A stretch of DNA of 64,000 bases from contig NC_068992.1 in NCBI RefSeq assembly GCF_001194135.2, forward strand, positions 6,084,718 to 6,148,717, read 5' to 3'. The notes under the pieces are model-generated. The model saw only the letters and a program-made list of their open reading frames with translations, was not told the origin of the DNA and made no database searches. The DNA comes from Octopus bimaculoides. Lineage: Eukaryota. Made by a program: the position numbers and the translations under genes. This document shows positions 1-13,029 of this stretch, piece by piece (position 1 is the first letter of the stretch; each line of letters opens with the position of its first letter).

Positions 1-534
1 TTATATCACTAAATCAAAACAATAAAAAACGAAAATTATATATAAAGAAATTTTTATTACTTCATTGCCAAACAAATATAGACGATTAAACTTGAATTTA
101 CTGTTTCGTCTGCTGACCGCATTTTGCCAGGAAATATTTTAGTGATCGGTTGATGATGAACAATTAAAAGTCACAGTCCTAAGTTAGTGATTTTCTCCGT
201 AGGAAAAACATCATTCCATAAAATATGTAAATATAAGTTTGTATATCATGATGAGGACGGGGACTCTCCTTTTTTGGACCTCAGTTCTTCAAGGCTTAAA
301 ACATGACAAAGTGATACGACAGAATTTAGCTAATCTTTATCTTTTATCTTTTACCAAATCAAAATTTGAACGAGAGCTAGAATTCGAATCATATTTAATC
401 GGCCTTAAAACATGGCTGGGTCTCAATATTTAGGCAAACGCTATCGATTTAAAATAGCTTGTATTTATCTAAGTATTCATATGACTTTCAAGACTCAATA
501 CTCTATAAATTATTTTGAGAATACGTGAACCCCG

Positions 535-815
535 AGATATAATCGAAATAAATGAACTTCAATTATAGAGTAACCCAAGACACAGGAACAGCAGCTGAAG
601 TGCAAAATGGCAGTGTAATTGGCTTTGGTTTTATTTCAATTCATGTTTCTCTGGGTTCTTCTTTATCTCTTTACACAGCATATTTCCCTACAGGCTCAAA
701 CGTGAAGATTGCTACGGGGCACGCGGAGATTAAGCTTCCTTTAACGCTTCAATAAACTATTCCTCTCTTCCTATCCTTCCTTTCTCTCTATCTCTTCCTC
801 AGTCGTAAATCACAA
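535..815. mobile_element. Possible solo LTR or other interspersed repeat
   Basis: A ~280-bp block of higher complexity than its flanks, with AATAAA at 751-756, a pyrimidine-rich stretch and a CA end near 813. No partner LTR, PBS or PPT in the window. Confidence 0.22.
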
Positions 816-1499
816 CTTATTCCAATTTTATCTGATATTTGGATAATGTGAACCTTGCTGTAATATGTGTGAACATTTTGTAGAATATTCATTTCTTGAA
901 TGCAAATTTTATTACATCAAAACTTTAAATGCCAGCAAAAACATATTCAGATTTCCAAAACCATATTCAGATTTAATACTTTCAAAATTTTCTCATAGAT
1001 TTCTAAAACGTCCCCGTTCTGCCAATGGGCCAAATGAATCAATTATACATAAATTGATTATGAATTTTAAAACGAAACCATATATTGTTTATTGAGCGTA
1101 TCACAGTATATATATTTACCATTAATTAGAATCTGCCAGTAAGAGCTAAAACATTTACAGAATCACTGTAATTTTTCGATTTGAGCTTGTAAGGAATCGA
1201 CCATGTATTTCAATGTGTTTTGTACTCACCCATTTCACATGCCATGTATGTTCAATACAGCATTATGTAGCGAACGAAAAACAAGGAAGTTTCAAAGAGT
1301 ATGAAATTATTTTTAAAACATCAGAAAAAAATTTTTTGTTTTAAAAGAAAACATAATTAAGTATTTATTAGATAATTACTTACTAAATTAATAACGATTT
1401 AATTATTAATTAAAACAATTTATCAAAGTAATTGCAACTTAAGCAAAAAAAAATATGTAAAGGATAATTAAAGCACAGAGACATCTGAAGAATCTCTTC

Positions 1500-1860
1500 A
1501 ACAAGTAAATTTCAAACCAATCAAATCAGCATATTAAAATTATTGCAGTATTTGAACCAGAATGTCCATGGGAAATAAAAAGAAAATTTTGGAACTTAGA
1601 CAACGACAGGCAGATTTATTAGAGGATTATCAGCTTTACGCACTAAAATTATTAAAGATCTCTAACAATGGTTGCAGGTCAATAATTTTCGAGTAGTAGG
1701 ACATGCTATAATTTCAACCTCAAGTAATACAATACAACCCATTGTAACGATCAAGAAGTATAAAAGTTAAGCAAAATTGGAACTCAGATAGCAAAGAGTC
1801 GTAAACAAATACAGCAAGGCATGTCCTCAAACGTGATGTCCGTTCGATTATTCATAACTT
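1500..1860 (+). mobile_element. Highly decayed restriction-like-endonuclease (RLE) C-terminus of a non-LTR retrotransposon
   Basis: Manual translation gives IIAVFEPECPWEIKRKF, resembling the RLE ELxCPWE motif, then NGCRSIIFE, resembling GWxxxxFEVG. Many stops and frameshifts. Confidence 0.3.
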
Positions 1861-1904
1861 TTGGCAGAAAATCCTTTAACTTTGCCCACTTAATCTTAAT
1901 TTTC

Positions 1905-2480
1905 AAATTTAGTGGTTATGCTTCTAATTTACTAGTCACTAGTTTTTCTTGAATCACCGATAGTGCTTCACCAGTTGGGACTTTGGTGATCAGACGTATC
2001 ACATCTAGACTCACCATCTGGTGGGATTCAATGAGGGTTATCCTTGATCAATTCTGTGAAGTGGGTGGAATTCTTCACGTACGATGTTGACTTTCCTGGT
2101 GATAGACTGATTATATCCACAAGGAAACGGCTCAGTGGATGACATGCTGAACCTCTACAGCTCACTATAGGTCTTAATGGAATACCATCCTTGTGAACCT
2201 CAGAAAGACCGTACATGTGTGGTAGTTTACTGTAGTGTTGAGTCAGTTGTCTGTACTGTATTGGTGTAAAGTAATCCTTATCGCCTGTTTTATACAATCC
2301 CTCTATTTCCGATCCATCATTTCCACCATCCATTAACTTAGTTCTCATGTAGATAATGCAGCGTTTTCATGTGTTTCATCTACATTTATATTGTTGTAAA
2401 GTTTATGAACATTTCGCTTCTCCTTTTGTGGTATTCGATCCGGGAAATGTGGACACCGTCAGCTGCAATTTGCAATTGAA
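1905..2480 (-). mobile_element. Penelope-like element (PLE) reverse transcriptase fragment, pseudogenised
   Basis: ORF 2028-2348 contains LPHMYGLSEVHKDGIPLRPIVSCRGSACHPLSRFLVDII and YVKNSTHF, matching PLE YGLPKxHKxxxPLRPIVS and VKNS. After a frameshift it continues MVSLDVIRLITKVPTGEALSVIQEKL (PLE SxDVxSLFTxVP). Upstream, SNTTKGEAK resembles PLE SNLTxEE. Confidence 0.85.
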
Positions 2481-2932
2481 TATTAAAAGAACAAAACTAT
2501 CTGATGCACAATTTGCAGTTCAGTCGCCAATCTCCAATTGCAAGCAGGGTACTCATATAGACCGCGCTGCTCGGTTACTCATAGGTCAGCCAGAAACAAG
2601 CCTATTTTCCTCCAATAAGGAAGGCTCCTATAAGCCTACGACACCTGTGCACATGTTTCCAGCCTTAAAATGACTGTAACCGCCCATTTGATTTCGCTGC
2701 CACTGATTATTCACAGGATTTTTTCCCCCGAGTTTTAACATTCGATAATCAAAGGTGACACTGTGTGTGCTGTACGCCCTATTACCAAACTCATTTGCAA
2801 TTCCCTCGTTTCTTGTAACACAAAAAGGGCGTAGCCAAAATGCCTGCAAATATATCGGGTTTATTGTAGGAGGATCAGGCAATTTTCCATATATGGACAC
2901 ACACACACACCACACACATATGTATGCATATT

Positions 2933-2967
<35 letters not shown>

Positions 2968-3056
2968 GATGAATTCATCGATTCATGTACTACGAAGTGC
3001 TCGCTGCTTTATGTATTTATATCATACTTATTCACGTGCACATACACACACACACA

Positions 3057-3099
<43 letters not shown>

Positions 3100-3541
3100 T
3101 ATTAGACGTGAGAGGGGAGGAAGAAATAAGAGACTATTTTTTATTCTTTTGTTCGTTATGGGTTAATAAGATTTTGTTAATGTGTGTGTTGTGCGTGGGC
3201 CTGTTTATCAGTGTAGATATTAAATCTCAAATTATTAGCAAAATCTAATCTTTGTTTATGTCAGCTGGCTTTCGTTATTTTTTGGGTCTTGTCATTTACA
3301 GCAAAAGCTCCTATTATTCTTTATTGAATTGATGTTTTGAATTTGGAAAACAACAGAACCTTTATAAAGAATACCTCGAACATTTGAAACATCAAATACA
3401 AGACACGCTACATTTGTAATTTAAACGTATGATATTTTCAAATCTGAAATGTTTTATACTGAAAATACGTACAAACAAACACTTGCATATATACACAGCT
3501 CAAGCACCCACAAATATCCTCACACATACATACATACATAC

Positions 3542-3596
<55 letters not shown>

Positions 3597-4879
3597 NNNN
3601 NNNNNNNNNNNNNNNNNNNNNNNNNNNNNNNNNNNNNNNNNNNNNNNNNNNNNNNNNNNNNNNNNNNNNNNNNNNNNNNNNNNNNNNNNNNNNNNNNNNN
3701 NNNNNNNNNNNNNNNNNNNNNNNNNNNNNNNNNNNNNNNNNNNNNNNNNNNNNNNNNNNNNNNNNNNNNNNNNNNNNNNNNNNNNNNNNNNNNNNNNNNN
3801 NNNNNNNNNNNNNNNNNNNNNNNNNNNNNNNNNNNNNNNNNNNNNNNNNNNNNNNNNNNNNNNNNNNNNNNNNNNNNNNNNNNNNNNNNNNNNNNNNNNN
3901 NNNNNNNNNNNNNNNNNNNNNNNNNNNNNNNGAGGGAGGGAGGGAGGGAGTCAGAGAATACAGATATACACATAAATATACATACATTATTCCATATAAC
4001 TTTTTTTAACATCAAAGACGTGATGTGTGATAATAAAATTACTTTTAGAATATTTTGAGCCAGATATAGCCAATACCAATATTACACGGTTAGATATTGA
4101 TGGAAATGTTTGATAATGGCTTATTTATCTTTTGTTTCTTTCTTTGAGTATTGATTAATTTTCGTGTCGACTATATTGACGCAATATTTTGTAGTGTTTG
4201 TTTATAGGATTGTTAAATTTCTTTCATAAATTTCCTTATTAATAAAATGTAGATAGATAAGTAATGCTATTGTAACAGTACTCTTCTCTTCCTGTATCTT
4301 TATATAGCCACGTATCTCTCGTTTTCTATGTATAATCACTTAATATTTATATTATCCTATCATCATCCTTCAATTTAAGCCAATAGAATGGAAAAATGAT
4401 TGCTTTCATAAAATATTTATTTTAATTATTTTTCCAATTTTTAATTTTAATCTTTCCTCCTGAAATGTTTTATTATTTGTACTACATTTAATTTAACTCA
4501 TATTTCCACCTCTCAACACCCGGTTATTACATGATATGATGATAACAACAATAATGTTAAAAAAAATAACAATTCTTTTATTGTCCACAATCAAGGGCTG
4601 AAGCATGCAATACAAAACGCATTATATAGAAAGTGTTAGAAAATATATCTGTATAAATATAAGTAAATATATATATATATATATATATATAGGAGGGGAG
4701 GGGAGGCAAACAAGTGATACTGTATATGATAGACGAATGCAGAGTTACATAAATGGGCGGAATTCCACTCGCACGGATATGGATTTCGACCCCTTCTATA
4801 AAATCGAGGTACTGTACAACTCCGACGACTTCGATCGTTTTCTTCAGTTTGGGTCCCTATTATCCGAGTTTAAATGAAC

Positions 4880-5520
4880 ACTAAAACAAGGTAGGACAGT
4901 ATTTACATTGGATAAACACTACAAAATCAGTACTCCTGCTTACTGGTGTGAACATCATCCTGTGCCAGTCGTTGAAAGTAAAAATGTCACTATGCTCTGG
5001 GATTTTCCAATCAACACTGACAGAACGATCCAGGCTAATCGACCAGACATAATTATTTAAAACAGGAAAGAAAATATTTGTAGACTAATAGATGTGTTTC
5101 CACTGAAAAAAATATATCTGTAAAGGAATTTGATAAACTAAATAAATATAAGGACCTGGAAATTGAAATACAAAAGACGTGGCATCTTAAAACGAGAACT
5201 GTTCCTGTAATTGTAGGTGCCATGGGTATGATAAAAAGGAGATGTCAGAAACACCTAGATAAGATCCCAGTGGAACCATGTCTCAGAGAAATCCATAAAA
5301 CTGTACGGACAATTACTGCCCACATCCTTAGAAAAACCCTATCCATTTAAATATCTGTGTTGTATTACTTGAAGATATATCACTAGCTCCCCTCCCAACC
5401 TTTCAGTCATACTGTAACATCTCTTATCCTTTACTCGCCCCAGGACACTGGGTGTGTTTCAGCAAGTGACTAACAAATATGCAGATTAAAAGTAAAAATA
5501 AAATTAATAACAATAATAGT
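4880..5520 (+). mobile_element. R4/Dong-clade non-LTR retrotransposon, 5'-truncated: RLE domain, 3' UTR and TAA-type tail
   Basis: Translation across small indels: VGQYLHW...EHHPVPVVESKNVTMLWDFPINTDRTIQANRPDIII*NRKENICRLIDV...KEFDKLNKYKDLEIEIQKTWHLKTRTVPVIVGAMGMIK...HILRKTLSI* (stop 5348-5350). This matches the R4/Dong LWDF..TD..I.ANRPDI and KY.DL signature. It ends in AATAAC/AATAAT. Confidence 0.9.
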
Positions 5521-5534
5521 AACAACAGCAACAG

Positions 5535-5796
5535 CTAGATAACATCCCAGGAGAACCATTTCTCAGAGAAATTCAAAAGATTGCGCTGAAAAGTACTACC
5601 CAGGTCATTATAAAAGCCTTATCAATTTAAATCTCTGTGTTGTATTACACGGAAATATTTTGCTACTGCCACTTCTCCTCATTCTTTCAGGTTACTCTGA
5701 CATCTCTTATCCTTCACTCATGCTAGGAGGCTGGGTGTGTCTCGGCAACAAACTTTTGTAACAAACTTGCAGATTAAAAATAAATTACAAGAAGAG
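5535..5796 (+). mobile_element. Second, shorter R4/Dong 3'-end copy in tandem
   Basis: Repeats 5275-5490 with divergence: ctagataacatcccaggagaaccatttctcagagaaatt vs ctagataagatcccagtggaaccatgtctcagagaaatc. The 3' UTR motifs catctcttatcctt, ctgggtgtgt and tgcagattaaaa are shared. Confidence 0.82.
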
Positions 5797-5991
5797 TAAT
5801 CCTTTCTATTAGAGGAACAAGGCCTGAAATTTGGGGGAGAGGCATAGTCGATTACATCGACTCCAGTCCTCAACTGGTACTTTATTTATCGACTCCGAAA
5901 GAATAGAAAGTAAAGTCGATCTCGGCGAAATTTGAACTCGGAACGTAGTGACTGGCGAAATACCGCTAAGCAATTCCTCCGTCGTGCCAAC
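5797..5991 (-). mobile_element. tRNA-derived SINE, family A (octopus-type)
   Basis: Minus strand carries a B-box-like GAGTTCAAATT, the body gagatcgactttac and gtaccagttgaggactggagtcgatgtaatcgact, and the tail ttcaggccttgttcctctaatagaaaggatta. Homologous copies lie at 11273, 48060 and 48760. Confidence 0.85.
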
Positions 5992-6292
5992 AGCAATAAT
6001 AATAATAGTTATAAACAGCTGTGGGAAGGAAGTTAGTGGATACCATCAACCTCATTACTTGACTGTTATACTTTATTATTTCGAATGAAATGCGTAATTG
6101 ATGTTAACAACTTTTGAACTTAAAACAAAATGTTGGTAAGCAACTGCAACCCATAATGTATCGTGTCTGTTTGGTGTTTAACCAGTTATGCTACTCCAAG
6201 GGGAAAAAAATCAGCAGCAGAAGCGACAATAATAAATACATGGCAATTACACATGTCGATAACTACACATTTGAAATGAGACTGTTGTCGTT

Positions 6293-6297
6293 GATGA

Positions 6298-6360
<63 letters not shown>

Positions 6361-6370
6361 TGATGACGAT
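6293..6370. repeat. (GAC)n microsatellite with (GAT)n flanks
   Basis: About 16 perfect GAC units at 6299-6347, bordered by GAT and GAC units. Confidence 0.97.
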
Positions 6371-6629
6371 AGTTACATCTTTGTAAATATACATACATGC
6401 ACACATGCCCATGCACGCACAATCAGTCACACAGACACATATATGCACAGACGACTATGTACGTGTACGTGTGTGTGTGTGTGTGTGATTGTTCATACAG
6501 AATGAAACGTGGAAAGAGAAAGAGAGAGAAAGTGAAAGAGGAGATTTGTGAATACGAACAATCAATTGCAACCACACATATTTACAGATATACACGTATA
6601 AACTCATTCATTTGTATGCGTGTATATAT

Positions 6630-6672
6630 AATGTGTACGAATGTACATATATATATATATATAATTATATAT

Positions 6673-6759
<87 letters not shown>

Positions 6760-6820
6760 CAAATTTACATACATATATGTTAGTATGTATATTGATATAT
6801 GCACACTCATATATATACGC

Positions 6821-6868
<48 letters not shown>

Positions 6869-6919
6869 TATGTTCATGCATATATATATATATATATATA
6901 TATATAAGTATGCATATAC

Positions 6920-6979
<60 letters not shown>

Positions 6980-7105
6980 ATGTATATATACATATATGTA
7001 TGCATAAATATGTGGGTGTGCAGATGAGTGTGTGCGTGTATGTGTTTGTGTGTGTGTGTGTCTCTGTGTTTCTGTGTCTCTGTGTGTGTCTTTGTATGTG
7101 TCTGT

Positions 7106-7161
<56 letters not shown>

Positions 7162-7195
7162 GCGTGTACGTGTCTGTGTGTGTACGTGCGCGCGG
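6630..7195. repeat. Large compound (TA)n/(TG)n microsatellite field
   Basis: Direct reading. It is the source of many YIYI and VCVC pseudo-ORFs. Confidence 0.97.
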
Positions 7196-9883
7196 ATAAA
7201 GGAGTACAATAGAAAATTAAAAATTGTTATCACATCATCATTTGCATACACACTTCCATTTTGAAAGAGTTTTATCTTCAGAATATTTCTGAGTTGAAAA
7301 GATAACAAAACAGAGCACCATTATTGCTGTATCCATAGCAATGTTTGTGAGACTCTGTGAGAATTCGACTGAGAAAGTTAGCAACTAATTATTATAAGAA
7401 TGATTGAAATATTAGCATTTCATAATAATTGAAAGATGAATTTAGATGTGAATATTTCCATAAGTGAACTGATGTCAATCTCACATAAATAGATAAGATT
7501 CCGATTGTTAAATGATAACTGCAAACTTCTGAGAAGAGATTAACATTTGAAGAAATTGAGGAACAGTCTGAATATTGAAGTATATACGATTCTACTGTTG
7601 ATCTATTTACTCAGATTAAAGTTTTGATACATTTCGCACAATAATCTGTATGTCACAATCCGAGCGAGAAACTCCATTTAGATAAAATTCTCTGAAAGTC
7701 AATCTCTACCTGTATTTATATGTTTGTATGCCTCAGTAAGTATCTGTGTATGTGTCTATATGTGTTTGTGTGTACACATGGGTGTATGTTAACGTACATA
7801 CTTATATTTGTCTTGATGTGACTTAGTATTTGTTATTTCTAAGTTCATAGCCTATGGTGTAACTTATCAAACGAGATTATGAACTAATAATAGAGGCTAT
7901 ATCTTGCCAGTCTTCAAAATACGAAGTGCTCCAAGAAACGGAATTATTTATGTGTAACTGATAGTATTTTATTAATATTTTATTGATTAAGTATGAAACA
8001 CTTTTGTCCACTTGCGTCCACCGAACCAGTAACACCCGTAAATCGACATCGATAAAGCTCCCCGAAAACATTTGGAAACTGAGGATCTCATAGAAATATT
8101 GGCAATGATGAATTCTTCCGAGTTGAATTTTTGAGCTCCTTCGACAGGGTATATCAGACAGTGAATATCATAGAAGGCACAAGATGCTCCTCGAAGGAAA
8201 ACATTAATAGATCGGAAATATCAGAGTTAAGATGACACCCAGCTAGACACTTGGCTGATGTGGGACACTGCGGCAGTGACTGACGAGTCGGAAATTTGGG
8301 ATAGATTTGGCAGAGACGTTTGCACATCAGGCACAGCTATTCATATGCAGACGGTAATGTTTTACTGGCTTCTATTGCAATAAGAAATCATTCTCATTAT
8401 TTTTTTACAAGAACCCACTGAAAAGAATGATAGTTTGGGTGGATATATGCCCTGCAGTTCTGAAGTTAGGAACAAAATAACAGCTGTCATTAAGTGAGAC
8501 GTTCATTTCGAAATGTCCGCGTAGATTATTACTGATGATTCACAGTACAATATAATTATAAATAACAGAACCTTCTGATCTGAACTTTTTGTATTGAAAT
8601 AAATTTTAGTGAGATTACAAAGGCAGAGATACATGACTATATTGAAAGTTATCGGTGGTGCTTTTCAGTGATAGAGGCGGCCAGTTCTTTCGCGCAATGT
8701 TTAAAGATAACGGAGGGACCAGCAATCTGATGAAAGAGGTTGTCTACGTATGTGTATGAAATAGGTATTCATATAGTGCGTGTAGCTTGGAACTGTGTCT
8801 GGTAGGACGATGTCTGGAGACTTGTTTTGTTGTTTCTTTGGCAGAGATGGAGTAAAACTAATGGGTGAGGTTTCTCTGCTGAGCAAAAGAGTTTGATAAG
8901 AGTTTTGTCTGCTACTGAGTGATAAGATTTTTGGTTGGAGATTAGATAAGAGACAAGAGATATTGATATGGAATCTCAATATATCGTAAAGTCGTGATAA
9001 CATTAATCTGCTAAGGGAATGGCGCCTAATTATTTCTTAGAGAACGTACTACGCTAAATGCACAATTGAGAAGGATGTGTATTAAATTGTGCATCTCTCT
9101 AAAAGGCAACTTCTAATTATGCATCACCAAGCCCATGATAAACCAAAGATAGAGAATCTTTCCTTGAAGGCATTGTAGCCACCGCTTATTCGGAAACAAA
9201 TCGAAAAATTACTTTCTTTCACCGACATCAAGAACAAAATCTACATTCATATTCGTATGATTTCGTTTCTATTCCCACCATTCCGCAGTTTTAGAAAGTA
9301 AGGTTGAAATCAAAGTGATCATCCAGCAATGACTCTTTTGACCCACACAGACTTTCAATTGAAATATTTGGAAATAGTAGAATATGAATTATTCAATTAC
9401 TGTTCATTGATGCCTATGTCGTTGTAAAATATACTTCGTTGAATAATCAATATATTAGTGTTTAATATGTCCGTCTATGGATACGAATGTTTCGGTCTCT
9501 CGTTGATATTGCATGCAATTGTTTCACCATCTTTTATATGCGCTGTCCCATAACAGTCCAAACTTCCAAATGAGCTTCTACTTAATTGCGCTGAATGCCA
9601 GAAGTCCCTACCAAATCTCTCCTGACCACTATCTTTAAAAAATGGGACATTATACCAAGCATAGTCCTAGATACGTGTTGAATATCAGTAATTATCACGG
9701 ACCGTATTTTGACCATGACTAAAAACAAAACTTATGGAAAGTACTGATGGACGGAGTGTAGGCTATACCTGGCAATACAACAGGATCTTAGAAATTCCGG
9801 GTTGATATCCGTCATGCTGGAAAACTACTGGACATGAGACACGTATGTATGTATGTATGTATGTATGTATGTATGTATGTATG

Positions 9884-9924
<41 letters not shown>

Positions 9925-10069
9925 NNNNNNNNNNNNNNNNNNNNNNNNNNNNNNNNNNNNNNNNNNNNNNNNNNNNNNNNNNNNNNNNNNNNNNNNNNNN
10001 NNNNNNNNNNNNNNNNNNNNNNNNNNNNNNNNNNNNNNNNNNNNNNNNNNNNNNNNNNNNNNNNNNNNN

Positions 10070-10105
<36 letters not shown>

Positions 10106-11272
10106 TATGCAGACACGTACATGTATGTATGTATAGATGTATGTATTCGTATATGCACATATATTATGGTGTGTGTATATATGTGTCTGTGTCGTCATTA
10201 CAGAGACTTAAATATTACAAATATAAGTACACATATGTGCATCAGTCGGTCAGGGCAGTATCTACAATATACAGTACTGTTGGGAAAACGTAAAAAAAAA
10301 AGAAACAAAATTGAAAGAAATTAATGGTTTACATTATTCCTATTGCACCATTTCCATATTATTTCGTCAGACTGTGAAAACACGTTAGCCTAACAGTTGA
10401 CTTGCCATTCTTTCTATGGCTGATCTATGCTACATTGCATGTGTATAATCCTTGCAATTCAAGTTTGCATTAATCTTTTCCATGCGTCTCTAATCATGGA
10501 TGTTAGTGCTGCATCAATAAGTAATACCTGTCAATGTGGAAATCAAACCTCCCTCTGAAGTTTATTGATTGGTTGATCCTTTGCAGTTCCTTTAGTTTTG
10601 GTATTGATGTTATAGCATAAGAGAAATCATGCACAGCCTGCCAGTTGAATGAATGAAAATTGTATTTGACAAACCAGTAGTAAAAATTTAATGAATATAT
10701 TAAGGATCCACTTCTTGGTTAGTGTAACAGACAGACGAATAGGCTGAAAACCTTGTGATTAATTAGTTATATATAGCAAAAGAATAAAATAAACACAGTA
10801 TATGTTAGTACAAAGGAAGATCAGATGTTATCACACACGCACACGAACAACAGAGACTTTGATAGAGAGATGTGCAGTTGCTGATTTCATCAAAAATATT
10901 GATTTATCAGCTTAGTAAAAGGAAACAAATTTGCATGGGGTAGTATAAAGGCGGCTGAATTGATGCATCATACAGTATATTGCTGGTATACATTATGAGA
11001 CGCAGTATTCCGATTCATTCCATGACCACAAATAATTTATTTTGCATTTACAAAAAGACACTCGGTTAATTTGTGAATATTAAATCTTAGTGAATTATGA
11101 CTGCAAAATTCCTGATGTTGGACAGACATGTGAAAAGCAATGTCAGTCATATTCAAATGTGATCATTGCTCTGCCTTTTTCTACTCTAATCAAATTATCC
11201 TAAGTAAGCATAATTTTGTTCGTTTCATTTAATCAAGAAACGGAACGTAGTTAATCGGCTAATTCTCTTCCC

Positions 11273-11494
11273 TAATCCTTTCTACTAGAGTTACAAGGCC
11301 TGAAATCCTAGTGGAAGACCCAGTCGATTTCATTGACCTCCTGTACTTGACTGGTTCTTATTTCATCAACACCGAAAAGAAGAAGTACATGCAAAATCTA
11401 TCTCGACGGAGTTTGAACTCAAAGCGTATAATCACGGACAAAATGCCGCGAAGCATATTTTCCGGCATACAAACAATTCTGCCATCTCACTGCC
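11273..11494 (-). mobile_element. tRNA-derived SINE, family A
   Basis: Minus strand starts ggcagtgagatggcagaattg, contains tgagttcaaactcc (B box) and ends ttcaggccttgtaactctagtagaaaggatta. It is colinear with 5797-5991. Confidence 0.82.
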
Positions 11495-12873
11495 CGACAA
11501 CTCTCCTTTGTAAATGGACATCTCGAACCATAATTAGAAACCATTTATAGATACTGACGTCTTTTATGACACAGACCAAATTCTCGATAATAGAGATGCT
11601 AACATTAAGTGTCAGACAGATGAAAATACACCAGATATTTGAGATCGTAGAATTAGTGGTACCAATATTACTGTACACTGATGAAATTCAGAGTCGAACG
11701 AGCAACGTTTCCTCTCTGGACATGGTGGAATAAAGTCATTTAACACAAATATATACAATGTGTGACTATAAATGTAATTCCACCGAGTTTGAATTCTGCT
11801 GTGAGTCACTAATAGTCTCTCGCGCTAAACTTTAAAGACATGTATTGCAAAACAATAAAATATTTGGCAGCTACACAGTGATATAATTGCTTCCAGTAAG
11901 CTACACCTCTCAATGGCACCTATTGGCAACCAGTTCTACTGAATGTTTTCAAATAATGTTATCTATGAGCGTTTTGCATTGATGTATATTGTGTGTTAAT
12001 AAAATACTGTTTCTTATATCTCTATCGCACTCTCTAACAAATTTGCATCATATACGTGTGTAAGCATACAACTATACTTCTGCAAATATATAGATATATA
12101 TTTATACATGTACACACATAGACACATTCACGCACACGTACACACCCACACATACACATGCTTCTAAGTAAATGATGCATATAAATAACATATATACAGG
12201 GAATGATACAGACAAGCATATTGATATATACATGTATGCATGAACATACATAAATTGTACATACATATGTATATATATGTATATATATATGTATATATAT
12301 ATATATATATATATACATATATATATANNNNNNNNNNNNNNNNNNNNNNNNNNNNNNNNNNNNNNNNNNNNNNNNNNNNNNNNNNNNNNNNNNNNNNNNN
12401 NNNNNNNNNNNNNNNNNNNNNNNNTGTATGGGTGTGTGTGTGTGTGTGTGTGTGTGAGTGTGTGTGTACAGGAATATATAGCCTATGCATTAATCTACTC
12501 ACTGAGACCTGGAGAAACTTCAAAACCTATAGATACATAAACAATATATTATATGGACATGAGAAATTAAAGGATTACTGAAAAGGTCAAATAGAAAATT
12601 TTTGCTTCTGTCTTAAAATTTAAGAAACACTATAAACTTACTTTTCCAAATCACTTAGCACATAATACGGCGCGTTTATGACTTATGAAGCCGTCTTCAT
12701 TTATGACGTAGTGATAACCAACCAATGATTAAATTGAGAAAATTTGTAATACGTTCCAGAACACAGCTTGAATGCATTGCAGTAGCTACGTCATAGTCTT
12801 TCAGCCACGTTTGTTCTTTCTTAGACCCATGTTCACACACACCTACAAACACACACACACACACACCTACAAC

Positions 12874-12904
<31 letters not shown>

Positions 12905-12916
12905 ATACACACACAT

Positions 12917-12991
<75 letters not shown>

Positions 12992-13029
12992 TCATTTGTT
13001 CACCGTGTCTTCACCTGATTTCTTATAGA

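Noticed and set aside
8701-9003. 100-aa minus-strand ORF with a faint resemblance to a CR1/L2 endonuclease end
   Set aside because: The motifs are too weak to call either a gene or a LINE.
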